A stretch of 63,925 nucleotides of DNA, the filler included, from Octopus bimaculoides (Eukaryota), in assembly GCF_001194135.2 (NCBI RefSeq). It is 5 parts of 5 records of this genome, joined end to end, with 100 filler letters (N's around TTAATTAATTAA, not from the genome) between each part and the next. Parts side by side here need not be neighbours in the genome. Positions count along the whole stretch, not along the records: positions 39,498 to 61,282 come from NC_069008.1; positions 61,383 to 62,731 come from NW_026298772.1; 3 more parts are not named here. One strand, written 5' to 3'. Below the pieces are notes generated by a model. It did not search any database, was not told the DNA's origin, and worked only from the letters and a program-made list of their open reading frames with translations. The translations under genes and the position numbers were made by a program. This document shows, one piece after another, positions 52,195-62,831 of this stretch (the stretch's first letter is position 1; every line of letters begins with the position of its first letter).

Positions 52195-55053
52195 AAAGAG
52201 AGAGAGGGAGAGATAAATAGATACAGATATATGTAGCATAATTGTGGATGTATATATGTACACTGATGCGCACTCACACAAACACACACACACACGGGTC
52301 GGATAATGTAATTACAAAATGCCAAACAAAATCCAGGCACCTTATTTTATCGATCTCTTTATTTTATTGATCTCTTTATTTTATCAATCTTGTAAGCCGG
52401 TATAATCGACTAAAACACATTCTTTCAATTCTGTGCTACAGTATGGACGTAGCGCAATGAATGAAACCAGTAAAAGTATAAATGTAAAAAAAGTAACATT
52501 AAAAAAGAAAAGCAAAATAAAGCAATTTTTTTCTTTTCCTGAAAATTTGTACAAAATATTATTTTAAGAAGAAAGGCGAATGTTTCTGATAAATCCCGCC
52601 CTTCCCCCCAACAAACCCCAATTAGAGTTTGCTGAGCTGGTAGTAATAGCAGTGAAACACCCTTCAAATCACTTTTTTCCATCAAATTATTTTGTACAAA
52701 TATAAAATAGGGGAAGCATGGTTGGACTCTCATTGGGCCAGAAATCTGTCCATAGAGTCCAGTTGAGTATTAAGCAACAATTTCGACAAATTTACAAAAT
52801 AACTTTTTATTTTTCCGTACCGTATAAACTGCAATTTCTTCTTTTTGTACCATATAAACTGCACTTTCTTTGCCTACAAACTACTTTATACTCGCTATTA
52901 ATTATTATATCTCGTCATTATTATTTCCTCTAATTATTATCTCTATTCACTCTTCATTACGCATTCTACGTCAACAAACTTCGGCTTCAAGACTTCGGTT
53001 GTAGAGTTGGAACACATTATTTTTGTAGAGTTCTTGTAGAACATGCAAGAAATGATGTAGCGTTTTTTGTAGAGTTGGTGCATGTAGCTGTAGTGTTTTC
53101 GTAAAATTTTAACGTTTTGCTGTTGGACTTTATGTAGAACTCCTGTATATATATAGTGGAGAGTTTTGTAAGGTTTATGTAAGCATATATTGCTGTAGGT
53201 ATTTGTAGCAATTTTATGAGTGTGTATATATTCAGTATATATAGAGAGAGAGAGGGAAAAAAAGAGAGAGAGAGGGAAAAAAAGAGAGAGAGAGAGAGAC
53301 AGACAGACAGTTTGAAGCGCTACCTACACTGTATTTAGCAGTTGAAATATCGTAGAAGTCTTCCGTGTTTGTAGAGGTCATGTGGTTGGGACGGGTGAAT
53401 GGCTGTGTCGATTGACATGTTAATGGCGTGTGCCGACCTTGTAGTGTGACATAACAGTGCATTGTGTGTGTACAAATGTACTCACACAAGCACTCCTCGG
53501 TCTACGAAGGCAATTCGAAAGACACTGCAGACGGGTCAACGTATGCGAATCCAGCCCTGCAATGACCGAAGTCTCCACTCAGGAATAGACAACTATGTAT
53601 TCTTCTCCATCACCAAAAGAAAAGAAAAACACTCTACAAAGTCCACAGAGTCTGAATCGAACCTATAAACTCTACAATTATTGCCGCTACGGAAATTTAC
53701 AAACAACCCAATGAATTTAATATTTGAGAGTGAAAAAGTCTGGTAGGCCCCAACAAGGACTTCGTTTCTCACTTCCATCCACCAACAAACAGGACAAGAC
53801 ACACAAAAATTCCCTCAGGCTCTGCAAATAAGCACTGACTCTAAAACTTCAACGTACAAGGCAACCTGTTCAAACAACAGCAACAGCAACAACAACATTA
53901 TAAATAACATAAATATTTACAAAAAAAAAACAAAAACGAATAACAGTACAAACAATGCAAAGCTTATCACAACAAATTCTACAAGTTTCTACAAACTACA
54001 AATCTCTGCAAACCAGGCAAACCACAATCTCTACAAATCTCTACAAATCTCTACAGATCTCCACAATCTCTACAAATTTCTACAGATTAGAAACTCCTCT
54101 ACAAATCGCATCTACAAACAGCTTTAGTGGATTAAACAACATAGATGCCCCAGGCGGCAGAAACTGCAGAACCTACTTCGAGGTATTGCAAGCCTTCCTT
54201 TTAAATCTCTGGAAATGTTGAAAACCCTTTTGTACCATTATGAGGTATCTTGGAGCCACAAGGGTTTCATCCATTGGTCTGTATGATTTGTTTAGGTGGG
54301 GCAAAGAGCATCAAAGTCCACAAGCAGCAAAAACTCTTCAGCAACCACATCATAAGACAATATTTTACTAAATCCACAAATGACCACCATTCCTCACACA
54401 CAACAACACTGGTTTATGCTCCTGCGCTATTTTTTTTTTAGCGTCAGGCCACCCTGATCTGTAAGACGTAGAAAGAAAGGGTTCCACCCATGACCATCCT
54501 GTCTTTTAAACGGTATACAGAAGGAAACCGTAAATCTTATTTCTTTTCCCAAGATTCCATCGTTGGGATTTGAGAGAAATCTTGCTCTTATTTCTTGCAC
54601 CTTCAACGACGAAATGTTGGCGCCTTCCTCGTGGTCTCATGTAGTTTATAGCTTATTGCGGTAGTGGTAGGAATAATGATGGTGGTGGCGATGGTGGTTA
54701 TGGAGGTGGTGGTTTGTTTCTTCAAGGTAAAGTGTAATTTGAAGCTGTGGCTGTTATTTTTAGCAAATCAAGCGATTACAGAGGCTCCTACATTGCTTTT
54801 GGATCTAGACTGACCTGGGGTTAAGCAAAAACAACCAGGAAGGACACATTAGTTAATAACGTCCTAGATATACTGTGTCTGGATGAAAGACAGGATGGTC
54901 ATAACTGGAACACCTTTGATTGCAGGCCTGCTCAGTTGGAGTTCACTTGAAGGGTGGGTGGGGTGAGGGTGGAACTAAACATTAGTAACAACGTTAGAAA
55001 AATACTAAAATTAAAACGACAAACACAACAAAAAATCGCTACTACAACTACAG

Positions 55054-55108
<55 letters not shown>

Positions 55109-56501
55109 GTTTGCGGTGGCTGTATAGTTTTGGTGGTGGTACCTAGTACGTGTATCTGTATCGTACAGTTGTTAACATTTTTCGAGTCGTCGTAGGCTCG
55201 GTAAATAACATCCGTGATGCCTTGTTGGAAGGAACTGCTGGGATCGTGGCTCTTGGTGATGTGCAGTTTACCATTGGAGTTGTCGCTGAAAAGAGGTTCC
55301 TCCCAGGTGACAATCACTTCTGGTTTCTCGCTGACAACAGTGACCGAACGTGGGCAGCGGTCAACACGTGGTGGCTGAGTGTCTGAAAGAGAGAGAGAGA
55401 GAAAACAGTTGTAGTATTTGCTCACTAGGTTGTAATTGTTTGGCGAAAAATACTTTTTATTGTGTATCATCCCATAAGTTCTGTCCGAATTTTGAATAAC
55501 GAAAACAAGTGATCAAATGTTATATTTAATTGAAATTTAATCATCAATGTACTTTCCCTGATTATCTATGACTTCCTTCCATCTATTTACAAGCTTTTTA
55601 ATCCCATCAATGTAAAACTCTTTTGGTTTCAAAGCGAAGAACTCTGAAATGTCAGTTTCGACCTCCTCCTGGCTTCTGAAACAAATGCTGCCGGTTGACA
55701 AACCATTTACAATAAGATTACTCTGTCAAATGTTATGCGTATTTACTCATGTTGTTTTGAATTAATCTCATTGAGATTATGACGATGTGATTGTTTATTT
55801 TTAGAATGACATTGTAGAGTAGGTATGAGAGGCTGAATCTGACCAGTTTCAGCATAAAACAAGAAGAATCCTTGGGCCAAATATGGTTTGTTTAAATGCA
55901 TGCGGGGTAACCCTAACTCTTGTTCTTAGCGTATTTTTAAGAGAATCCATTCTTTACAAGTGTTTTAAGTCAGATCTCTTTCCTTTGCTAATTCCACCTG
56001 TTAGAGTAGCCCTTCAAAAGGGTCATATGTTCCAACCCTCTCTCTCCCCCCGTCAAACCTGAAAACTCAAGGGCTTACCTTTAACAGTGACATTGAACTT
56101 GCATTCCTGTCGGTTTTTGTTGGCATCCTGTGCTATATATGTGACCAGTGTCACACCGATGGGGAAACGGGCCGGTGGCTGGACAGCTGGGATCGTTGTG
56201 ATGGACGGGACCAGGCCAGAGTTGTCATAGGCCAGTGGAAGAACCCATGTGACATTGGTCATGTGACTGTTCTCGTCTGCTTCGACGTCGATGTTATCTG
56301 GACAGAAGATTTGGGGCGGACTTGTATCTAGAGAGATGAAGGAAAAGAGGAGAGATAAATAGGGGGATAAAGAGGGTGAGTGGGGCTTAAAGGAGGAGTG
56401 AGTGAGAGTGTGAGTACATGAGTGTCAGACTGAGTGATATTGAGAGTGATGTAAGTGGGCAAACTTTGCGAGAAAGATTTGACAAACATGAAGCAAACAC
56501 G

Positions 56502-56553
<52 letters not shown>

Positions 56554-56617
56554 NNNNNNNNNNATATGTACAGGCACAGACATATATAGATATACACTGA
56601 CATACAATTCTCTCTCT

Positions 56618-56654
<37 letters not shown>

Positions 56655-58788
56655 CATATAATATATGTGTGTATATGTGCATATATATATATGTATGTAT
56701 GTGTGTGTGTGTGAGAGAGAGTATATACACATGTATATGGATGAATGTAAATGAAATGCAAGCGACAAAATGAGAACAATAAATGCATCATCATCACCAT
56801 GATGCTCATCAGTCTGCTTTGAAGACTTACCAATGCAACGGCTGACCTCTGTCTCGATGGGTGACCACACGCCGTCCGGGGTGCACTGCTTGGTCGGGGA
56901 TCCGATCAGTGTGAAGCCGTGGTTGCAGGAAAGCTTGCATGTCGTCCCAAATGGCACTTCGTCCCCTCCCGTACACACGTCTGGGCTGACGGTGCCAAAC
57001 TGAAGACCGTTCAGGTGTTGACAGGTGATCTCTGTAAAAGGGGGGAAACAGACACTGGAGAGGTTAAAGAAGGGGCACAAGCAGAGGAGGGAAAGAGGAA
57101 CGAGGGGAGGAAGGCGGAGGAAAACGAGAGGAGGAGAGGGAGGAGGGACAAAGGGGAAGGGTGAGCCATGAATATTGAATAAGTTCCAGGCTTGAAACGA
57201 AAATAATTCTGGAATCAATTCATTAAAATAATGTTCAAAACAACAACTGAAACGAGTAAAAGAAAGAAGAGAGAATGGTAAAAAAAGGAAAATCTTTTTT
57301 ATCATTTAACGACTGCTTTTCTTGCTGGTATGGGTTGGACTGTTTGACAGGGTCCAACGAGTCACAGAGCTGTCATCTTTGCTCTGGTTTCTAACAACTG
57401 GATGCTGCCCTTCCTAACACCCACCACTTTACAGTGAGCACTGGGGGCTGTTTTTATGTGGCACAAGCACCAGTGGGGTTTCTAATTAGTCTACGAGATT
57501 AGAAAAGAACGGGAAAAAGGAGAATGCATCCCCCCCACACCTCAAATGAATGGACGTATATTTGTGAGAGGGGAAGTGGCCTTATGCTTGGCATTAAGAT
57601 TAGTGTATGATAAAGGGACATGCATTTGTATCGTGGCACAGAAGAGATGTATGAAGGGCTTTCCTGCATTATGTGAGGGTGGGTGAGAGGAGAGAGAGAG
57701 AGAGAGATGTGGTGCCAAGGCGTTACCTCAAGATAGAGAAAAGTGAGCGTTCTTACGAGAATATTGGGATTAGGAAAAGTGGATGAGGGGATTAGGAACG
57801 ATGGATTAGGGGATTAGGAAACTGGGAAGAGTAGATGGATAAATTCTAAAGAGTGAGAGGAGAATGAATAGTTGAAATGGGAAAGTATCAAATTGTTGAT
57901 GGAAATAGCAGAAAAGAAGAGGGGGGAGAAGAGGAAGAATTTGATGGAGTTGATTCGGCATTACAAGGAAACAAATGGAGGAGGTAAAAGGAACAAATAT
58001 AACGGTTGAGATGTGGCTGAGAATCTTTGGGAATTGAGAGGGAGCAACTTGAGAAAGATCAAATTGGGCAGAAAACAGATAAAATAGAAATTGCCAAACT
58101 TACCTCGACATCTGGTGGTTATACCAGACCAATAGGCAATAGCAAGACAAGTTCGTCTTCGGGATCCAATCAGTTTGTATCCTGTGTCGCAAGTGAAACG
58201 ACAAACTGTAGAGAAAGTGAAGTCACCTCGACTACAGATACGATTGCCGTTCTTTGGTGTTGGCAGATGAGGACAGACTTTCACTGGAGAAACGAAAGAG
58301 AAAAGGGAGAGGTTAAGAGATGCCACAGTGTATGCAAGACTAATTCTTTTTAAACCTAGTACTTATTGTATCGGTTTCTAATGCCGAACACCTAAGTGAT
58401 GGGGACGTAAACGCACCAGCATCGGTTGTCAAGCAATGGCGGGGATACAAACACAGACACACAAACATATACATATATATGTACATATAACGGGCTTCTT
58501 TCAGCTTCCGTCAACCAAATCCACTCACAAGGTGTCACATAATGAAACTGAAACCGGATCCATGTGGTTGAGAAGCAAGCTTCTTACCACACAGCCACGC
58601 TTATGCTTAGATCTCTAGCCACTACACATTCTTTTATTTTCTCTCCTTGTTTCTTTCAGTGTTCCTTTCTGTGGAAGAGCGTAGGCTCGAAACGTTAAAA
58701 ACTTTTTCACTTCCCGAGCGTTAAACTAATACATCTGTTTGTTTTCTACACCACCTGTCTTCGTCTTTTGGTTTTTTTTGTGAATTCT

Positions 58789-58822
<34 letters not shown>

Positions 58823-60996
58823 GTGAATGTGTGNNNNNNNNNNNNNNNNNNNNNNNNNNNNNNNNNNNNNNNNNNNNNNNNNNNNNNNNNNNNNNNNNNN
58901 NNNNNNNNNNNNNNNNNNNNNNNNNNNNNNNNNNNNNNNNNNNNNNNNNNNNNNNNNNNNNNNNNNNNNNNNNNNNNNNNNNNNNNNNNNNNNNNNNNNN
59001 NNNNNNNNNNNNNNNNNNNNNNNNNNNNNNNNNNNNNNNNNNNNNNNNNNNNNNNNNNNNNNNNNNNNNNNNNNNNNNNNNNNNNNNNNNNNNNNNNNNN
59101 NNNNNNNNNNNNNNNNNNNNNNNNNNNNNNNNNNNNNNNNNNNNNNNNNNNNNNNNNNNNNNNNNNNNNNNNNNNNNNNNNNNNNNNNNNNNNNNNNNNN
59201 NNNNNNNNNNNNNNNNNNNNNNNNNNNNNNNNNNNNNNNNNNNNNNNNNNNNNNNNNNNNNNNNNNNNNNNNNNNNNNNNNNNNNNNNNNNNNNNNNNNN
59301 NNNNNNNNNNNNNNNNNNNNNNNNNNNNNNNNNNNNNNNNNNNNNNNNNNNNNNNNNNNNNNNNNNNNNNNNNNNNNNNNNNNNNNNNNNNNNNNNNNNN
59401 NNNNNNNNNNNNNNNNNNNNNNNNNNNNNNNNNNNNNNNNNNNNNNNNNNNNNNNNNNNNNNNNNNNNNNNNNNNNNNNNNNNNNNNNNNNNNNNNNNNN
59501 NNNNNNNNNNNNNNNNNNNGACCGTCGGACTCTTACGCGAATTGTTAGAAAGGGTCACAAAAGTACAGCTCCCAAAATTACTACAGAGCATAATGACCAC
59601 CTCGAGAATCCAGTTTCCACAAAAACTGTTCGCCGGGAGCTGCACAAAGCCGGATTTCACGGGAGGGCTGCAATCAGAAAAACACTACTTTCAAAAACAA
59701 ACGTTGCAAAGCGTTTAGAGTGGAGTAAAAACCTACAGAATTGGTCCCTAGAGCAGTGGAAGAATGTTATTTTCTCGGACGAGTCATCCTTTTCGTTATT
59801 TCCAACCACCAGCCGAGTATACCTGTGGAGACAGCCAAAAGCAGCATCTGACCCAGACTGCTTTCTTCCAACTGTTAAACATGGAGGAGGATCTGTGATG
59901 ACCTGGAAGGCTATATCTTGGAAATCCGCTTTGTGTAATGTGAAGACCATAGCAGGGGAATATGACAAATATTTCCCTACAAGCAGCATCATTGAGATGG
60001 TGTTAACCCTAAACCCTTACTGCAAAGGTTTGCATCAGGACCTCTATGTATCTTTGTGTTTTCTCTTAACTATTGTTTCCAACCGGATTAACTTTGTGAG
60101 GTTTCTTGCATGGATTTCATTAACCTATGGAGGGCAACTCTGAAAAATAACTTACTGCGACATTCAGAAGCATTTCCTGACCATTCGCCATCTTCTTGGC
60201 AGATTCTCACGCTGTCCCCTTTTAAATAATAACCAGGTTCACAGCGAGTCCCACAAGCAGCGTTGAAGTCATTTGAGCATTTGTTGTTGACAAAGTATCC
60301 ACTTTTAGGGGCCGCCAGTCTCGGACATTTCAAGGCTATAAAATAAGATGGTGATACAGATTACATAAAGTCAAAAGCTCATCAGGTTATAAAATTAGCT
60401 GCTAGAAACAGCAGCTAAATGTCTTTCTTATCACACCATACAATTTTAAGAAAGGAAGGACACACTAGATAACGTAGTCCTAGATACTCTTAGGTCAGAA
60501 TAAAAGACAGGGTGGTCACAATTGGAATGCCTCTCATCATAGTTCTGTTGGATTGGGGCTGACAACAACAGAACAAAGGACACATTAGATAATGTAGTCC
60601 TAGATACGCCATGCCTGATTAACAGATAGGATGGTCACAGCCGGAACATCTTTGATCATAGGCCTATATAGATCAGGACTGACCTGGGGCTAAACAACAA
60701 CAGAAACAAGGAGGGGCACATTCGGTAATGTAGTCCTAGATACACTTAGGTTTGAACGATATTAATATCGATTATTATTAGTTCTTAACTGCAACAACAA
60801 CAACAACAATGATTGAAGGACACGTCATACTGACAGGCACAACGATTGTCTGCAAACTTCCGGAAACCCCTTTTGCATTTGCAGTCATCAGTAAGGGTGG
60901 CCCCTTCGTTTGTCACGTGATTTTCGTCTGGGCATTTGGTACAGGTTAACACATCACCGGGTGTGCTGGTGTTCTTGTAGGTTCCCGAAGGACAAG
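40910..60996 (-). CDS. SVEP1: SVEP1/polydom-like gene, partial (13 internal coding exons, 766 codons; 5' and 3' ends not visible)
   Basis: Thirteen GT-AG exons splice in frame. The domain order GCC-3xsushi-2xHYR-sushi-linker-2xGCC matches the SVEP1 N-terminal half, as do motifs such as [28 protein letters not shown] and [22 protein letters not shown] (comparison from memory). Confidence 0.9.
42109..42270 (-). CDS. SVEP1: SVEP1 exon: GCC2/GCC3 repeat, [54 protein letters not shown]
   Basis: Acceptor tttctgcag, donor gtatgt, 162 nt, phase 1-1. Confidence 0.92.
42493..42705 (-). CDS. SVEP1: SVEP1 exon: [12 protein letters not shown]...[17 protein letters not shown]
   Basis: Acceptor gttttccag, donor gtgagt, 213 nt, phase 1-1. 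Confidence 0.88.
43233..43388 (-). CDS. SVEP1: SVEP1 exon: linker with RTKR and RVKR sites, [51 protein letters not shown]
   Basis: Acceptor ttccctcccag, donor gtatta, 156 nt, phase 1-1, open frame. Absent in this frame from the supplied ORF track. Confidence 0.8.
43425..43595 (-). mobile_element. SINE family A, 3' part with (ATT)n tail
   Basis: Reverse complement of 61790-61940. Confidence 0.85.
43760..43985 (+). mobile_element. SINE family B, 3' half
   Basis: cgacaaccggtgctggtttgtttacatcc...gtgctccagcatggccacagtcc. Confidence 0.75.
44025..44097 (-). CDS. SVEP1: SVEP1 exon: small Cys exon, [24 protein letters not shown]
   Basis: Acceptor atttgacag, donor gtgagt, 73 nt, phase 0-1. Needed to restore the frame. 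Confidence 0.82.
44739..44863 (-). CDS. SVEP1: SVEP1 exon: linker, [42 protein letters not shown]
   Basis: Acceptor ctcctgcag, donor gtacgt, 125 nt, phase 1-0. Confidence 0.8.
45552..45746 (-). CDS. SVEP1: SVEP1 exon: sushi-like 4, [13 protein letters not shown]...LPFPDCS
   Basis: Acceptor taatgacag, donor gtaaga, 195 nt, phase 1-1. Confidence 0.9.
45945..46110. mobile_element. Partial mariner-derived MITE (family of 18438 and 63638)
   Basis: One TIR cgaggtgggtctgaaaagttcttggcttt plus the internal region. Confidence 0.7.
46520..46675 (-). mobile_element. SINE family B, 5' half
   Basis: Reverse complement of 34185-34340. Confidence 0.85.
46880..47417 (+). mobile_element. mariner transposase fragment (catalytic domain), inactivated
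   Basis: Encodes ITGDESW...[12 protein letters not shown]...LYHDNAPTH...[26 protein letters not shown]. Internally disrupted and runs into a gap. Confidence 0.92.
48128..48525 (-). mobile_element. SINE family A whose 5' head is expanded into a 21-bp tandem array (48306-48523)
   Basis: Body matches 61737-61940. At least 10 units of GCCCGGCGGGCCAACGTTTCT. Confidence 0.88.
48769..49082 (-). mobile_element. Full-length tRNA-derived SINE (family C, tail type 2) with 12-bp target-site duplication TGCCTTACAATT
   Basis: Head gtggaggcgcaatggcccagtggttaggg...ggtttctattccc on the minus strand. TSD at 48757-48768 and 49083-49094. Confidence 0.9.
49444..49866 (-). mobile_element. mariner transposase C-terminal fragment
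   Basis: Encodes [42 protein letters not shown]...[20 protein letters not shown]...[17 protein letters not shown]. Confidence 0.88.
49868..50431 (+). mobile_element. Penelope-like GIY-YIG endonuclease ORF with uninterrupted frame
   Basis: Encodes [21 protein letters not shown]...[12 protein letters not shown]...LEWSIV..A......KCLLCITE...[16 protein letters not shown] and the expected catalytic R, E and N are present. Confidence 0.85.
55048..55108. repeat. (CTA)n microsatellite
   Basis: Read directly from the sequence. One example among many dozens of (AC)n, (AT)n, (AG)n, (TACA)n, (TAGA)n, (GACA)n and triplet arrays across the window. Confidence 0.95.
55143..55382 (-). CDS. SVEP1: SVEP1 exon: HYR domain 2, [13 protein letters not shown]...CTIQIHVL
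   Basis: Acceptor tctttcag, donor gtacca, 240 nt, phase 1-1. Confidence 0.9.
56079..56327 (-). CDS. SVEP1: SVEP1 exon: HYR domain 1, [13 protein letters not shown]...CKFNVTVK
   Basis: Acceptor ctctctag, donor gtaagc, 249 nt, HYR signature D..PP.I.CP. Confidence 0.93.
56831..57031 (-). CDS. SVEP1: SVEP1 exon: sushi/CCP 3, [13 protein letters not shown]...[12 protein letters not shown]
   Basis: Acceptor ccttttacag, donor gtaagt, 201 nt, phase 1-1. Confidence 0.93.
57305..57500. mobile_element. SINE-like repeat fragment
   Basis: gctggtatgggttggactgtttgac...gatgctgcccttcctaacacccaccactttacag, resembling a common octopus SINE tail (recognition from memory). Confidence 0.45.
58104..58283 (-). 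CDS. SVEP1: SVEP1 exon: sushi/CCP 2, [12 protein letters not shown]...[10 protein letters not shown]
   Basis: Acceptor tttctccag, donor gtaagt, 180 nt, phase 1-1. Confidence 0.93.
58345..58590 (-). mobile_element. SINE family B, internally shortened
   Basis: Reverse complement of segments 34200-34340 and 34560-34670. Confidence 0.8.
58608..58795 (+). mobile_element. Penelope-like (pLTR-derived) repeat with minimal hammerhead-like motif at 58666-58700
   Basis: tttCTGTGGAaGAGCgtagGCTCGAAACGTTaaaac, with sibling copies at 5.1 kb and 20.9 kb. Confidence 0.62.
59519..59935 (+). mobile_element. Tc1 transposase fragment (HTH linker to first catalytic D)
   Basis: Encodes [11 protein letters not shown]...[25 protein letters not shown]...KRLEW...[12 protein letters not shown]...[12 protein letters not shown]. 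Confidence 0.92.
60156..60335 (-). CDS. SVEP1: SVEP1 exon: sushi/CCP 1, [12 protein letters not shown]...WSGNASECR
   Basis: Acceptor attttatag, donor gtaagt, 180 nt, phase 1-1, sushi Cys/Trp pattern. Confidence 0.93.
60452..60755 (+). repeat. About 2.3 diverged tandem copies of a ~125-135-bp SINE-tail-like unit
   Basis: ggacacattagataatgtagtcctagatac recurs at about 60458, 60578 and 60714. Related copies lie at about 54840 and 7570. Confidence 0.75.
60835..60996 (-). CDS. SVEP1: SVEP1 exon: GCC2/GCC3 (ephrin-receptor-like) Cys repeat, [27 protein letters not shown]...[16 protein letters not shown]
   Basis: Acceptor ttgtccacag, donor gtcagt, 162 nt, phase 1-1. Confidence 0.9.
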
Positions 60997-61282
60997 CTGT
61001 GGACAAAAATGGAAAGCATGAGCGAAAAGTTGCAGATGGCGAATGAAAAGAAACCAAGATTTCGGAGAGAAAGAAAAAACGCGAAAAAATCGAAATTTAG
61101 GAACATTGAACAGAAATAAAAATGGAAAAAATTCAAATTCTTTTATTTCTTTTCTTACTTTATTCCAATTTTTTAAATTTCTTTTCTTACTTTATTCAAA
61201 TTTTTTTTATTTCTTTTCTTACTTTATTCCAATTTTGCCAAATCTTATTTATATTTGTATCTAACTTTATTATCCTTATTTT

Positions 61283-61382
61283 NNNNNNNNNNNNNNNNNN
61301 NNNNNNNNNNNNNNNNNNNNNNNNNNTTAATTAATTAANNNNNNNNNNNNNNNNNNNNNNNNNNNNNNNNNNNNNNNNNNNN
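61283..61382. other. Artificial scaffold linker
   Basis: 44N-TTAATTAATTAA-44N. Confidence 0.95.
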
Positions 61383-61575
61383 GCAGCAGCCTCGGTTTCA
61401 GAGGACCTCAGCTCTTCAATACCCTGCCAAAATATTTGAGAAACCTGCAAGACATGGATGCGGAGGTCTTCAAGACAAAACTTGATGCTTTCCTCTCCAC
61501 GATACCAGACGAACCAATGGCTCGAAATGAGACACAGTTTAGGGCAGCGATGTCAAATTCTCTTATACACCAGAT
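61383..61575 (+). mobile_element. CR1-group LINE C-terminal fragment
   Basis: Encodes SSLGFRGPQLFNTLPKYLRNLQDMDAEVFKTKLDAFLSTIPDEP...SNSLIHQ. Confidence 0.75.
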
Positions 61576-61736
61576 GTGCCATCAAAACTCTTGATTGGAC
61601 TATATCAGGTGGAGAAGAGCCATGCAAGGAACGTGAAGAGAGCACAGCATAAAGACGGAAAATCACGGTGGTGCTCCAGCATGACCGCAGCCACTTGGCT
61701 GAAACCCAAAAATAAATAAATAAATAAATAAATAAA

Positions 61737-61940
61737 GGCGAGTTGGCAGAAACATTAGCACGCCGGGCGAAATGCTCAGCGGTATTTCGTCTGTCTGAGT
61801 TCAAATTCCAGCGAGGTCGACTTTGCCTTTTATCCTTTCGGGGTCGATAAATTAAGTACCAGTTGTGTACTGGGTCGAGCTAATCGACTGGCCCCCTCCC
61901 TCCAAATTTCAGGCCTTGTGCCTGGAGTAGAAAAGATTAT
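61737..61940 (+). mobile_element. Full-length SINE family A
   Basis: Head ggcgagttggcagaaacattagcacgccggg, B-box-like gagttcaaattcc, core gccttttatcctttcggggtcgataaattaagtacc (similar to the Nin/Deu-type conserved SINE domain; assignment unverified). Confidence 0.88.
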
Positions 61941-62366
61941 ATATATATATATATATGCGTGTATATGTATGTATGTGACATGTATGTGTATCTATACACG
62001 CACTGACACACATACACACACATGTATATATATCTATAGGATGATCTTAATCAAGTGATGAGAAAAGACCAATATTCAAGAAAGAAGGCAATTCATTTTA
62101 TAATGTAGCTTATATATTTTTTAAATACCAACCTTACACCATATCTTCATTACCCTTGTTTGGGTGATTACAAATTCCGAGGATCTGATACCTTAGAGAC
62201 ATATGTAGCTTGGATTTTATCTACTCTATTTCCTAATTTTGGATGTCTTTTATTTTCTGTAAATTTGAAATATATATCTGTGTGTGTGTGTGTTTATATA
62301 TGTGTGTGTGTGTTTATGTATGTATGTATGCATGTATGTATGTATGTATGTATGTATGTATGTGAA

Positions 62367-62630
62367 GGCGCATAGCTCAGTGGTTACAGCGTCGAGCTTA
62401 CGTCCGTGAGGTTGTGAGACCGATTCCCTGACCGGCCAGCGTGTTGTGTTCTTGAGCAAGGCACTTTATTTCACGTTGCTCCAGTCCACTCAGCTGTAGA
62501 AATGAGTTGCGATGTCACTGGTACCAAACTGTATTGACGTTTGCCTTTCCTTTGGATAACATCGGTGGTGAGGGGAGGCTGGTATACATGGGTGACTGCT
62601 GGTCTTCCATAAAAACATTTTGCAAGACTG
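62367..62630 (+). mobile_element. tRNA-derived SINE
   Basis: ggcgcatagctcagtggtta (A-box), ...ccgattccctg (B-box-like), then ttcttgagcaaggcacttta and gctccagtccactcagctg. Confidence 0.8.
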
Positions 62631-62731
62631 TGCTGTAACTGCGCATTGATAAATAACGTCTTTAATTCTACAGGTGTTACCGAAGGCACAATTAGAGTAT
62701 TCTGAGAGTATTCTGTACTGAGGTTAGGGTA

Positions 62732-62831
62732 NNNNNNNNNNNNNNNNNNNNNNNNNNNNNNNNNNNNNNNNNNNNTTAATTAATTAANNNNNNNNNNNNN
62801 NNNNNNNNNNNNNNNNNNNNNNNNNNNNNNN
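62732..62831. other. Artificial scaffold linker
   Basis: 44N-TTAATTAATTAA-44N. Confidence 0.95.

Noticed and set aside
1311-60143. Many long ORFs containing X runs or YI/CV/HT/SL/ER dipeptide repeats
   Set aside because: These are artefacts of N gaps and di- or tetranucleotide microsatellites.
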